From Verrucomicrobiia bacterium (GTDB taxonomy: Bacteria > Verrucomicrobiota > Verrucomicrobiia > Limisphaerales > DASXHY01): a stretch of 64,000 bases of DNA. The stretch lies in NCBI GenBank assembly GCA_035765675.1, contig DASTXC010000173.1, positions 5,644 to 69,643 of the forward strand, given 5' to 3'. The notes under the pieces were generated by a model. The model was given only the letters and a program-made list of their open reading frames with translations, was not told the origin of the DNA and made no database searches. Within the stretch, counting starts at the first letter, position 1. Each line of letters starts with the position of its first letter. This document shows positions 44,513 to 54,411 of the stretch, one piece after another. Made by a program: the position numbers and the translations under genes.

Positions 44513-45175
44513 ATGAAAGCTTTCATCAAATCTCTGTGGCTCGCGATTGGATTGCTCAGCGTAATTTCCATCACCGCCGGATGCCGTTCGGCGTATTACG
44601 CGGCTTACGAAAAGTTCGGCGTTTACAAACGGGATCTGTTGAAGAAAAACGTCGTGGCCGCGCGCGACGAACAGAAGGAGGCCAGCGAGCAGTTCAAGGA
44701 TGCGCTCACGCGCCTGAAGGAACTTTACGGTTTCAGTGGCGGCAATCTGGAAAAAACCTACAACGGTTTGCAAAGCGAATACGACGATTGCGCCGAAAAA
44801 GCTGAAGACGTTCACAAACGCATTCGCGAGGTGGAAACGGTCGCGGACGATTTGTTTGCGGAATGGGAAAAAGAAATCCACGAAATCTCAACACCTGCAC
44901 TGGCCAATTCCAGCCGCCGCACGCTTCAGGCGACGCGCGAGCGATATAAAAATCTCCACGATGCATTGAAAGACGCCGAGGACAGCATGACTCCCGTGCT
45001 GACGCAGCTTCACGATCATGTGCTCTATCTGAAGCACAATCTGAACGCGGAAGCGATTGCGTCATTGAAGGGCGAAGCGTTGAACATCCAGACGGATATT
45101 TCAAAACTCATTGCGCAGATGAATGCCGCGATTGCCAAGGCGGATGAGTTTGTGAAGACCTTGCAGACGGAGTGA
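44513..45175 (+). CDS. DUF2959-family lipoprotein
   Basis: Lipobox 'ITAGC', then 'SAYYAAYEKFGVYKRDLLKKNVVAARDEQKEASEQFKDAL', which is characteristic of DUF2959. The rest looks coiled-coil-like. Confidence 0.75.
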   Translation: MKAFIKSLWLAIGLLSVISITAGCRSAYYAAYEKFGVYKRDLLKKNVVAARDEQKEASEQFKDALTRLKELYGFSGGNLEKTYNGLQSEYDDCAEKAEDVHKRIREVETVADDLFAEWEKEIHEISTPALANSSRRTLQATRERYKNLHDALKDAEDSMTPVLTQLHDHVLYLKHNLNAEAIASLKGEALNIQTDISKLIAQMNAAIAKADEFVKTLQTE

Positions 45176-45207
45176 ACGAGTTTTAATTCGTTACGCCGGA
45201 CGTATTC

Positions 45208-46863
45208 TCACCGCCCGTTTCGCGTTTTGCTTTTGTGATCCTGCCAAAGAATGTTCAACACCAGGAACATTCCTCCGCAGGCCGCCGCGAGAAAACATAT
45301 GATCGCCAGGCCGGGATAACCAAAAATCTGAAACGACGTCTGGACGTGCATCAATAACGCGGCGCCGACAATCAACGCGGCGAGAATCAGCCCGGTCGTA
45401 ATCCGGTTCGCCACCTTCTGCGCGCTTTGCAGCAGGAACTGCGTTTCTACCGGACGCACCTTCACGTTCAGTTCCGCATTGCCGACTGCATCCAGAATTT
45501 TATTCAACCGCCCCGGCAGTGCGCCGAGAAATTGTTTTGCTTCCAACATCGAACTGAACAGTTTTCCTTCCGTCAGCATTGATTTCATCCGACGATTCAG
45601 CAGCTTGCTGGCATTGCGGCGAATGGATTCATTCGGATCAAAATCCGGTGAAAACGTTCTGCCCACCTGATCCAACTGCAACAGCGTCTTGCCGAGCAGC
45701 GTCAGTTCAATGGGAACGTAAAGACCGGTGTCGCCCGCGCTGCGTCCGACTTCGAGAACGGCGCGACCCAAATCCATTTCCTGCAATTTGCTGTTTTGCT
45801 GCTCGACGACGATCTGGGCGATTTTATGCCGGAACTGTGGTTCGTCGAAGCTGTCGCTGGTTTGGCTGATTCGGATGGCGACATCGCCCGCGGTATCGCT
45901 GTCGCCTTCGCTGACCGCGATCAGCAGTTTGAGAAGATTTTCCTGAAGCGCAGGCGTCGTGTGGCCGACCATGCCGAGATCGAGCAACGCGATGCGATGA
46001 TCGGTCGTGAGAAAAACATTTCCCGGATGTGGATCCGCGTGGAACGTGCCGTCGATCAATACCTGTTTCAAATACGCCTGGAACACTTCCTCGGCCAGCG
46101 CGTTGCCATCCAGATCGAGACGGGTGAGGGGACTCAGTTCCGTGATCTTGATGCCCTCGATGTAATCCATCGTGAGGATTTTGTGCGTGGTGTAATCGTC
46201 CACCGGCAGCGGCACTTGAATGCGTTTGAATTCACGCATGTTTTCCGCCAGCGCGGTGAGATTCGCGGCCTCACGCCGATAATCCAGTTCGTGCGCGATG
46301 GTGTCCTCAAATTCCTGGAGCACCTTCACCAACTGATAACGCTGGCCGAAATCCGTGTGGCGATGCAGCACGCGCGCGATTTCATGCAGCGCGACAAAAT
46401 CTTCTTCAATCTGTTTGTGAACGTTTGGCCGCTGAACTTTCACCACCACCGGACGTCCATCATGCAAGGCGGCGCGATGCACCTGGCCCAATGACGCGGC
46501 GGCGAGCGGTTCGTGATCGAAGAAGCTGAACGCCTTGGAAATTTTGGTTCCCAGTTCCTGTTCCACGATCAATTCCACTTCGCGAAACGGAAACGGCTTC
46601 ACCTTGTCCTGCAAACGGGAAAGCGCCGTCAAATAACGCGCCGGCAAAAGATCGGCGCGGCTGGAGAGCAGTTGGCCGAGCTTGATGAATGTGGGACCGA
46701 GACGTTCGAGATCGTCCGGCAATTCCTGCGCTTCGCCGCGCGTGCGAACGTCTTCCGCTTCCGCATCGAAACCGAATTTGGAAATCATTCCCGGCTGACT
46801 GTACTTCGCGAACAGCCAGGCAATGTCCTTGTACCGCTTGAGATAATGTGGCGCCAGTTTCAT
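45208..46863 (-). CDS. ABC1/UbiB-family atypical kinase with C-terminal TM helices
   Basis: 'FIKLGQLLSSRADLLP', 'PLAAASLGQVHRA', 'VVVKVQRP' and 'FHADPHPGNVFL' are ABC1/ADCK motifs. Two C-terminal hydrophobic helices. Confidence 0.85.
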   Translation of the reverse strand: MKLAPHYLKRYKDIAWLFAKYSQPGMISKFGFDAEAEDVRTRGEAQELPDDLERLGPTFIKLGQLLSSRADLLPARYLTALSRLQDKVKPFPFREVELIVEQELGTKISKAFSFFDHEPLAAASLGQVHRAALHDGRPVVVKVQRPNVHKQIEEDFVALHEIARVLHRHTDFGQRYQLVKVLQEFEDTIAHELDYRREAANLTALAENMREFKRIQVPLPVDDYTTHKILTMDYIEGIKITELSPLTRLDLDGNALAEEVFQAYLKQVLIDGTFHADPHPGNVFLTTDHRIALLDLGMVGHTTPALQENLLKLLIAVSEGDSDTAGDVAIRISQTSDSFDEPQFRHKIAQIVVEQQNSKLQEMDLGRAVLEVGRSAGDTGLYVPIELTLLGKTLLQLDQVGRTFSPDFDPNESIRRNASKLLNRRMKSMLTEGKLFSSMLEAKQFLGALPGRLNKILDAVGNAELNVKVRPVETQFLLQSAQKVANRITTGLILAALIVGAALLMHVQTSFQIFGYPGLAIICFLAAACGGMFLVLNILWQDHKSKTRNGR

Positions 46864-46966
46864 CTAGTTTTCCCCGCTGAATTTCTGCATTGATCCTAAC
46901 TTACGGAGGAGTTGAGGCGCTTGGGTATGGGGTGGATTTCCAATGCGGAGCGCCGAACTGTTGATC

Positions 46967-47116
46967 AACCGCGGAATGCGCAAAATACGCGGAACCTGGA
47001 AGAAACAAAAACGCGACACCGGCCGGATGAACGCGAGAGGCAAACCGAACTCGGCACCGACCAGCCGGTGATTCATCTCAGAAATCCTTTTCGCGTATTC
47101 AGCGCATTCCGCGGTT
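46967..47116. repeat. MITE/REP-like element with 25-bp inverted repeats (AACCGCGGAATGCGCAAAATACGCG)
   Basis: Arms at 46967-46991 and 47092-47116 are reverse complements with 2-3 mismatches and a 100-bp spacer. A related half-site CGCGAAATACGCGGAA lies near 872-887. Confidence 0.62.
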
Positions 47117-47231
47117 GAAGAATTCAATTCAAGCGCAAAGGTGGAACGCAATTTGCCGCCGCGCTTTCAGGAAAATAATTTGCGACAGCGTCCTTCGGCT
47201 CATACCGTAGGGCAGTTTTTACCTTTTACTT

Positions 47232-49418
47232 ATGGCAATGAAACCGCTGACGAACCAAGAGCTGACGGAATTGACAACGGGCCTCAATAAACTCGCGCAC
47301 AATCTCTGGTGGACCTGGGATCAGGAGGCGCAGGAACTCTTTCAGGAACTGTCGCCGCGCGGCTGGCAGAATCTGTATCACAACGCCGTCGCGGTGCTGC
47401 GCGAAGTTTCGGATTACGAATTGCGCGTGCGGCTTCAGGATCACAACTTTGCCGAACGCGTGCGCAGCGTGCTTCACTCGTTTGATGTTTACATGAGCGA
47501 ACGCGCGGCCTGGGCGCACAAACACGCTCCGGCGTTGAGCGCCAATCCGATTGCATACTTCTCCGCCGAATTCGGCTTTCACGAAACGTTGCCCATTGCG
47601 GCCGGCGGTTTGGGTGTGCTGGCCGGCGATCATACAAAATCCGCGAGTGATCTAGGACTGGGTTTTGTCGGCATCAGCCTGTTCTATCGCGAAGGCTATT
47701 TCCAGCAGACCGTTGATTCCAACAATTGGCAGACGGAATATTACAAGCTGCTGAATCCCGCCAATCTTCCACTGGAACCGGTGTTGAACGATCGCGGCGA
47801 AGCTGTGATCTGCGACGTGGACATCGGAATGAACAAGGTTTTCTTCCGCGCCTGGCGCGTGAATGTGGGACGTGTTCCCGTTTATCTGCTCGACGCCAAT
47901 CTGCCGCAGAATGAACAGCACTTCCGCGATCTGACATTGCGCGTTTACGGCGGTGACAGCACCACGCGTATCATGCAGGAAATGTTGCTGGGCATTGGTG
48001 GTGTCCGGCTCTTGCGCAAGCTGGGTGTCGCTCCGTCCACGTTCCACATGAACGAAGGCCACGCGGCATTTCTCACGCTGGAACTGGTTCGCGAAAAAAT
48101 TGCCGCGGGAAAAAATTCGGAAGCGGCTTTGAATGAAACGCGTGCCGAATGCCTGTTCACCACGCATACACCCGTCGAAGCCGGACACGACCGTTTCAGT
48201 CCGGACCTGATGAGCTATTCGATGCAGCGTTATCAGACGCAGGTTGGAATTTCCTTCGACGAACTCATGGCGCTGGGCCGCGTTGATCCGGAAAATCAGG
48301 CGGAACCGTTTTGCATGACCGTGCTCGCATTGAAACTTTCGCGTGCTGCCAACGGCGTCAGCGAACTGCACGGACGCGTCAGCCGTCACATGTGGCAATC
48401 GCTATTTCCCGGCAAGCCGGTGGAGCAGGTGCCGATCGGACATATCACGAATGGCATTCATCTGCTCGGCTGGATGAAAGGTCCGGTGCGCCGGTTCTGG
48501 CGACATCGCCTGACACATTCTGCCGACGAACCCGCACGCGGCGACACCACGCGGTTCTGGAAAACCCGGAACAACAACTGGGTGGGAGAACTGAATTCGC
48601 CGGAGTTCTGGACGAAGATGCTGGATCCGAACTTTATTTCGGACGAGGAAATCTGGGCTCTGCGCTACAACCTGCGCCGTGAGTTGATCGAGTTTGCGCG
48701 CCGCCGTTTGTTGATTCAGGGCCAGCGTTTCACGCAGGGCGATTACATCAGCTTTGATCAATTGCTGAACACGGACGCGTTGACGATTGGATTTGCGCGT
48801 CGTTTCGCGACCTACAAACGCGCGCCGCTGATTTTTCAGCAGATGGAAAACATCGTGCATCTCACCCGCGACAAATCGCGTCCGATCCAATTCATCTTTG
48901 CCGGCAAAGCGCATCCGCGCGATGACGACGGTAAGCGATACATCCAGCACATCATTCATCTCAGCAAATACAGCGATCTCAAAGGCAGCCTGGTGTTCAT
49001 TGAGAACTACGATATTCACGTCGCGCGTCAGATGGTTTCCGGCTGCGACATCTGGCTGAACAATCCGCGGCGTCCGCTGGAAGCCTCCGGCACGAGCGGC
49101 ATGAAGGCCGGCTGCCACGGCTGCATGAACCTGAGCATTCTCGACGGCTGGTGGCGCGAAGGTTACGACGGCACGAATGGTTTCGCGATTGGCGACGATT
49201 CACATTCGGAATCGGTGGAGGAACAGGATCGCGTGGACAGCGCGAATCTGTATTGCGCGCTGACGGAGGAAGTGATTCCGTTGTTTTTCAAGCGCGACGA
49301 ACACGGCATTCCGCGCCAGTGGATTCAACGCATCCGCCGCGCCATGGCGACACTGGTGCCGCAATTCACCACCGACCGGATGGTGAAGGAATACACGCAG
49401 AAATATTATCTGAAATGA
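47232..49418 (+). CDS. glgP: Alpha-glucan phosphorylase (GT35, short GlgP/maltodextrin phosphorylase type)
   Basis: 'YFSAEFGFHETLPIAAGGLGVLAGDHTKSASDLG', 'FTTHTPVEAGHD', and 'GKAHPRDDDGK...ASGTSGMKAGCHG' with the PLP lysine context. Confidence 0.9.
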   Translation: MAMKPLTNQELTELTTGLNKLAHNLWWTWDQEAQELFQELSPRGWQNLYHNAVAVLREVSDYELRVRLQDHNFAERVRSVLHSFDVYMSERAAWAHKHAPALSANPIAYFSAEFGFHETLPIAAGGLGVLAGDHTKSASDLGLGFVGISLFYREGYFQQTVDSNNWQTEYYKLLNPANLPLEPVLNDRGEAVICDVDIGMNKVFFRAWRVNVGRVPVYLLDANLPQNEQHFRDLTLRVYGGDSTTRIMQEMLLGIGGVRLLRKLGVAPSTFHMNEGHAAFLTLELVREKIAAGKNSEAALNETRAECLFTTHTPVEAGHDRFSPDLMSYSMQRYQTQVGISFDELMALGRVDPENQAEPFCMTVLALKLSRAANGVSELHGRVSRHMWQSLFPGKPVEQVPIGHITNGIHLLGWMKGPVRRFWRHRLTHSADEPARGDTTRFWKTRNNNWVGELNSPEFWTKMLDPNFISDEEIWALRYNLRRELIEFARRRLLIQGQRFTQGDYISFDQLLNTDALTIGFARRFATYKRAPLIFQQMENIVHLTRDKSRPIQFIFAGKAHPRDDDGKRYIQHIIHLSKYSDLKGSLVFIENYDIHVARQMVSGCDIWLNNPRRPLEASGTSGMKAGCHGCMNLSILDGWWREGYDGTNGFAIGDDSHSESVEEQDRVDSANLYCALTEEVIPLFFKRDEHGIPRQWIQRIRRAMATLVPQFTTDRMVKEYTQKYYLK

Positions 49419-49532
49419 TTCGGAAGGACGTTAGTGCAAAAGCGGAATGCTTCATAACGAAGGAATAAAGTCTTTGAGCGCTGATAAACAACACGACGCT
49501 CAGCACGGATTTTGGCGGCAGCATCAAAAACC

Positions 49533-50000
49533 ATGGAAACTATGGAAATCGCACTTCATCGAAATCCGTATTCAGGCTTTTGGCGGCGTGTTATTGCAAT
49601 TCTAATCGATTGGGTGCTGTTGTGCGTTTTTGCGTGGCCGATTGTGAAGGCAATGATAAGCCTTCTGCCTGCCGACCCATTGCGTCCGGTCATTTATGGA
49701 GTGAATGTTTTGTTCGCCTGGATCTACTTCAGCAGCTTTGAGAGTTCGACGATTCAGGCGACTCCAGGCAAATTTCTTTTAAATATTAGAGTTACGGATA
49801 TGCAGTGGAAGCGTATCAACTTTCTCCGTGCTACCATTAGGCACTTCGGAAAGGTTGTGTCCGCATTGCCGTTGGGTATTGGCTTTCTATCAGCGGCTTC
49901 TACCACAGGAAAGAGGCAGGCGTTACATGACGGTATCGCTGGCACCCTTGTTATCCGCAAGAACTTCCTAATGAACGCGCCGCCTGAAAAATCAACATAG
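49533..50000 (+). CDS. RDD-family membrane protein
   Basis: 'GFWRRVIAILIDWVLL', 'ATPGKFLLNIRV' and 'QALHDGIAGTLVI' form the RDD pattern (R...D...D). The tracked start is TTG, so ATG 49533 is preferred. Confidence 0.72.
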   Translation: METMEIALHRNPYSGFWRRVIAILIDWVLLCVFAWPIVKAMISLLPADPLRPVIYGVNVLFAWIYFSSFESSTIQATPGKFLLNIRVTDMQWKRINFLRATIRHFGKVVSALPLGIGFLSAASTTGKRQALHDGIAGTLVIRKNFLMNAPPEKST

Positions 50001-50010
50001 TTTTGGAAAA

Positions 50011-50394
50011 GTGAGCTTTCGAATACCTTCTCTAAACACGACCGGACGCCAGTCACCACAGAATCCCAAGACACAGCACGTTTCTGATCACAAGCAGGCG
50101 CTGGCGATCCTTCGTTCAAAGCGCTTTTGGAAGTGGTTTTTCCCAGTCTGGTTTCCGGCTGCTTGCGCTATCGCCTATCGAATCTGGGTGGATTTTTCAC
50201 CTATTCCTGTAATTGGAGGCACCTTTATCTCAATCTTCCTCACGGCGGCACTGCTCCAGTCGTTGCTGAGAGGGAGGGTGATTTCAAATGTCGGCATATT
50301 CCGGCGGCGCACGGCACCAGTTCGCTTCTGGTTTGAGATTATGCTTCTGGGCTGTAGCTATTGCTTCGTCGTGATCGGTATCTTGATGGCTTGA
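50011..50394 (+). CDS. Hypothetical membrane protein (127 aa)
   Basis: Three hydrophobic helices. GTG start. Follows the RDD gene by 10 nt within an AT-richer patch. No family recognised. Confidence 0.45.
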   Translation: MSFRIPSLNTTGRQSPQNPKTQHVSDHKQALAILRSKRFWKWFFPVWFPAACAIAYRIWVDFSPIPVIGGTFISIFLTAALLQSLLRGRVISNVGIFRRRTAPVRFWFEIMLLGCSYCFVVIGILMA

Positions 50395-50491
50395 AGGATG
50401 AACTCGGTTTGTGGGTTCATCTTATAGCGATCTTTCGATTTCAGTGGGGCCCTGCGAAAGGTTGATGGATTACGGGCATTTGGACGAAGAA

Positions 50492-50587
50492 AGCGGCGCT
50501 AAAGCGACCGCATTCCAAACGCTGCGCGCGGTTCGATGGTGCGGAACATCGCGATAGCGTTTGGAGTGCGTGTGCTTCAGCACCGCT
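50492..50587. repeat. Long imperfect palindromic REP-like element
   Basis: AGCGGCGCTAAAGCGACCGCATTCCAAACGCTGCGCG (50492-50528) versus the reverse complement of CGCGATAGCGTTTGGAGTGCGTGTGCTTCAGCACCGCT (50550-50587). Identity is about 78 percent by hand alignment. A solo arm lies at 38629-38666. Confidence 0.65.
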
Positions 50588-50702
50588 CTTCGTGGAGACA
50601 TTCATCCTTCTGGAACACGCTTTCACGGATTACTCCCGTGTTCCTTCGGGCGCAGAACTGGTGCGCCCGGGCTGCCCCAGCGCGGCAGCCGCTACCTCCA
50701 GA

Positions 50703-51956
50703 TCACGTGCCGAGGAAGACGGGTTTGAAATGGCGATCGTATAAATTCCCGGTCACGTTGCGCGCGATGGTGGTTTCGCATTGGCGAACCAGCTTCAGGT
50801 AAGCCTCACCTTTTTTCGCAGCGACTTTGAAGCCGACGTGCAGCAACTGGCGGACGTGCCGATTGAACTCCGGTGAATTCTGATCGTGCCGAACGGCCGC
50901 GGCAAACTGCGCCGCATTCCAATGATTCACGACTTCCACCGGCGGCAACTTCGCGCGATCGATATCAATCACCGTCGCATACGGCGCGCAGAGTTCATCG
51001 ATATGCGCCAGCGCTTCCGCGTAAATTTCCTTAGCCAATCCGAGACCGTCGCCGCCCGCTTCAGCCAATCCGATGATTTCTTCCAGCCAGGTCGTGCCCG
51101 CGGTTTTGAGATGCAGCCCGGCATTGTGCCGTTTGATCGCGCGATGCATCGGGCCGTAGATCGAGAACTTATCGCTGCCGGAATGCACGCTGAGTTTGAG
51201 ATTGTCCGGCAAACCATATTTCTGAATCGCAAAACGAATCACCGCGAGATCTTCGTTGAATTCTTTTTCGAACTGCGCCACATCGCCAACGTAATCGACG
51301 CCTTTGTTGAAACGTCCAGTAAACTTCGGCGCGATGGTCTGAACCGGAACTTTTTCATCGGCCAAGGCCACGAGAATCACGAGCAATTCGACCGGCGTTT
51401 GCGGCGAATCAGTTTCGTCCATGGAAACTTCCGTGATGAACTCGCCTTCACCTTTGGCTTTCGCAATGTGACGATAAATCGCGCCGGCTTCCTGAACGGC
51501 AAAGAGAAATTTGGTTGCAATGCGTTCCACTTCCGCGCGCGAGGATTCAATGCCGCCTTCGACGTCCGCGATGTCGATGCGCGCAGCGAGTTCCGGGTGA
51601 CGATTGGCAAACGCTTTCACTGCGTCCACGGTGGCGGGCTTGCCGATGGAATCGGCGACATCGATGGTAAAGAAATCGGAGTGCGGCACAAAACGATCCA
51701 CGGTTTCGAGCCGGATATGATCGGCATCCACGTGGTAAGGTTTTTTCCAACCGAGTTTTTTTACCGCAGCGTCAGCCGCGGCGCGAACGCTGGATGGTTC
51801 GGAGCCAACGATCAGATGTTCGCGATTGGACTTGTTCCAAACGGGAACGATTTCGATTCCTTGATCCGCCGCGAGCATGCAGGCGCGCAGTTGGGCTTCC
51901 GCCTGTTGTGCAAAACGATCCCCCACACCGACCGAGTATTTTGAAAGCTTGAGCAT
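50703..51956 (-). CDS. Tagaturonate/fructuronate epimerase (UxaE)-like protein
   Basis: Solid 417-aa ORF. 'YSVGVGDRFAQQ', 'YHVDADHI' and 'KLSVHSGSDKFSIY' resemble UxaE-family metal-site blocks as I recall them. The function call is tentative (about 0.45). Confidence 0.78.
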   Translation of the reverse strand: MLKLSKYSVGVGDRFAQQAEAQLRACMLAADQGIEIVPVWNKSNREHLIVGSEPSSVRAAADAAVKKLGWKKPYHVDADHIRLETVDRFVPHSDFFTIDVADSIGKPATVDAVKAFANRHPELAARIDIADVEGGIESSRAEVERIATKFLFAVQEAGAIYRHIAKAKGEGEFITEVSMDETDSPQTPVELLVILVALADEKVPVQTIAPKFTGRFNKGVDYVGDVAQFEKEFNEDLAVIRFAIQKYGLPDNLKLSVHSGSDKFSIYGPMHRAIKRHNAGLHLKTAGTTWLEEIIGLAEAGGDGLGLAKEIYAEALAHIDELCAPYATVIDIDRAKLPPVEVVNHWNAAQFAAAVRHDQNSPEFNRHVRQLLHVGFKVAAKKGEAYLKLVRQCETTIARNVTGNLYDRHFKPVFLGT

Positions 51957-52057
51957 TGATTTGGTGATTGAATGTCCGAACATTTTGTCGCTCAGCCAAA
52001 CGCGGGTCAATTATCCGAACCGTGATAAAAAGGCAGAGCGCCCTTGGTTTTATGCAC

Positions 52058-53101
52058 TCACGCCCGTGCTGTCAAAGAATCCAGCGCCCAGCCCGGCAGC
52101 ACATCTTCGGACGCGAGCGCCAATGAATTGACGGCCAGAAATTTGCGCTCAGCCAGAATGCCGATCATCGCGGCGTTGTCGGTGCAAAGGGTTTTTTCTG
52201 CCAGTCGCAGTTTCAAACCTGCGCGGTTGCAGGCTTCGGTCAAGCCTTTTCGCAAAGCCCGATTGCAGGTCACGCCGCCCGACGCAGTCACGCAGCCGAC
52301 ACTTAAACGCCGCGCGGCTTTGAGCGTTTTTGTAACGAGCGTTTCCACAATCGCGGTTTGCACGCTGGAACAAAGATCGCGCACGAATTGGACATCGTCG
52401 AGCAGTCCGGGATTGTCGCGGAGAAAATAGCGAACGGACGTTTTCAATCCGCTGAAGCTGAAATCGTCATTCGGTTCGTGGATCAGCGGCCGCGGGAATT
52501 TGAACGCAGCCGGATTGCCTTGCTCAGCCAGGCGATCAATTTCCGGGCCGGCGGGGTAGGGCAGGCCCATGAGTTTTCCGACCTTGTCAAAGCATTCGCC
52601 CGCAGCGTCGTCGAGCGTGGAACCGAGCAGGCGATGCTTCAATTCACTTTGCACGTGAACCAGCATCGTGTGTCCGCCACTGACAATCAGTGAAACGTTC
52701 GGCTCGAAGGAATCAAAATCGACAACCGGCGGGCGACCGGAAATCCACGGTGAATACAGATGCGCTTCGTGATGATTGATTCCCACGAACGGTTTCTGCA
52801 GCGCGAAGGCCATGGCTTGCGCCGAGCGAAATCCAACCATCAACGCCGCGGGCAATCCTGGACCCTGCGTTGCCGCGAGCGCATCGAGTTGTTGAGGTTC
52901 AACCGCGGCTTCCTTCAGCGCGGCTGAGGCAACGGGAACGAGATTCCGCAAATGCTCGCGCGCGGCGAGTTCCGGAACAACGCCGCCGTATTCAGCGTGC
53001 ATTGCAATTTGCGAGGAGACCACGCTGGACAAAACCCGGCCGTCACGTATGACCGCCGCGCTGGTTTCATCGCAGGAAGTTTCGAACGCGAGCAGAATCA
53101 T
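52058..53101 (-). CDS. tsaD: tRNA N6-adenosine threonylcarbamoyltransferase TsaD
   Basis: 'ILLAFETSCDETSAAV', 'GGVVPELAAREH', 'INHHEAHL' and 'LIVSGGHT' are Kae1/TsaD motifs. The start overlaps the ctpA stop by 4 nt. Confidence 0.92.
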   Translation of the reverse strand: MILLAFETSCDETSAAVIRDGRVLSSVVSSQIAMHAEYGGVVPELAAREHLRNLVPVASAALKEAAVEPQQLDALAATQGPGLPAALMVGFRSAQAMAFALQKPFVGINHHEAHLYSPWISGRPPVVDFDSFEPNVSLIVSGGHTMLVHVQSELKHRLLGSTLDDAAGECFDKVGKLMGLPYPAGPEIDRLAEQGNPAAFKFPRPLIHEPNDDFSFSGLKTSVRYFLRDNPGLLDDVQFVRDLCSSVQTAIVETLVTKTLKAARRLSVGCVTASGGVTCNRALRKGLTEACNRAGLKLRLAEKTLCTDNAAMIGILAERKFLAVNSLALASEDVLPGWALDSLTARA

Positions 53102-54411
53102 TTCGCCGCCATTTTGCTTGGCGAAACTTTTTCCGGCTGAAGTTCGGTGAAGAGCAGAATGCCTTTCAGCAAATCCGTGGCGCGATCGAGCTGCGGATCA
53201 CGCGAATTCAAAACGCGATGGCGATCCGGTTCTTCCAGGCTTTCGATGCCTCCCAGCGTGCGGCGCAGAACGATGTCGCGTTCTTCTTCGGGCGTGACCG
53301 GTACGATTACATTCGGCGTGATGCCGACTTCGTGAATCACTTTATGACTTGGCGTGTAATATTTCGCCGTGGTCAGGCGCAACGCGGAACCGTCGTCGAG
53401 CGGAATGATGCTTTGCACGGAACCTTTGCCGAAGGTTTTTTCGCCAAGGATGATGGCGCGATTCAAATCCTGAAGGCAGCCGGCGACAATTTCCGAGGCG
53501 CTGGCGCTGCCGAGGTTGACGAGAATGACAATGGGCATGTTGTGCAATTCATCGCCATGACCTTTCGCGGTAAATTTCTGAATGGTGTAACGGCCTTCGG
53601 TTGAAACCACCGGTTGACCGCGCGGCAAAAACTTCTGGCAGACTTCGATCGCCTGATCCAACAACCCGCCCGGATTCCATCGTAGATCGAGAATCAGCGC
53701 CTGCATTCCCTGCGATTTCAATTTGGTGAGCGCGGCTTCCAGATCATCGCTGGTCTTGTCACCGAACTGCACCAGGCGCACGTATCCAATTTTGTTTTCG
53801 CCCAGCGGAAATTCCTTTTTGCCGTTGATGTCCTTGACCATGTCCACGTTGATCACGGCGCGTTTGAGACGATGTTCCATGATCTGGCCGGAGGAAGGGC
53901 GCAGAATCGTCAGGCTGACTTCGGTATCCGGTTCGCCGCGCAGGATTTTTACAGCGTCCTGCAATCCCATGTTCTCCGTGCTTTGACCTTCAATTTTGAT
54001 AATGCGGTCGCCGGAAAGAATTCCCGCCTTGAATCCCGGCGTGTCTTCCACGGGCGCGACGACGGTGACGAAATTGTCTTTCATCGCGATGATGATTCCG
54101 AGACCGCCGAACTGACCTTGCGTGTCGTTCTGCAGTTCCTTGTATTTCTCGGGATCCATGAATTCACTGTGCGGATCGAGCTTGTCGATCATTCCTTCGA
54201 GCGCGCCGTAAACCAGTTCCTGGTACGTAAGGCTTTTGCCGTCCACGTAATCCTTGCGCACCTTCTCCATGACTTCGGAGAAGAGTTTCAGGTTCGTGTA
54301 GGGGGAATCTTTTTGGGCGGCCTCAGCGGAGCCGACATACACGCGCGCGCCAATGATCACATTCACCAGCAGCACCACGGCAACAAAGCTGAAAACCAGA
54401 CGTCGTTTCAT
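53098..54411 (-). CDS. ctpA: Carboxyl-terminal processing protease (S41A) with PDZ domain
   Basis: N-terminal anchor, PDZ 'GGLGIIIAMKDNFVTVVAPVEDTPGFKAGILSGDRIIKIEG', catalytic 'GSASASEIVAG' (Ser) and 'GEKTFGKGSVQ' (Lys). Confidence 0.9.
   Translation of the reverse strand: MKRRLVFSFVAVVLLVNVIIGARVYVGSAEAAQKDSPYTNLKLFSEVMEKVRKDYVDGKSLTYQELVYGALEGMIDKLDPHSEFMDPEKYKELQNDTQGQFGGLGIIIAMKDNFVTVVAPVEDTPGFKAGILSGDRIIKIEGQSTENMGLQDAVKILRGEPDTEVSLTILRPSSGQIMEHRLKRAVINVDMVKDINGKKEFPLGENKIGYVRLVQFGDKTSDDLEAALTKLKSQGMQALILDLRWNPGGLLDQAIEVCQKFLPRGQPVVSTEGRYTIQKFTAKGHGDELHNMPIVILVNLGSASASEIVAGCLQDLNRAIILGEKTFGKGSVQSIIPLDDGSALRLTTAKYYTPSHKVIHEVGITPNVIVPVTPEEERDIVLRRTLGGIESLEEPDRHRVLNSRDPQLDRATDLLKGILLFTELQPEKVSPSKMAAK

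Noticed and set aside
46864-47151. 95-aa ORF between the ubiB-like gene and glgP
   Set aside because: It runs through a 150-bp inverted-repeat element. Its 'PRILRIPRLI'-type translation is a repeat artefact.
50441-50626. 61-aa ORF 'MKACSRRMNVSTKSGAEAHALQTLSR...'
   Set aside because: It lies entirely within the long palindromic REP-like element, so the translation is a by-product of the repeat.
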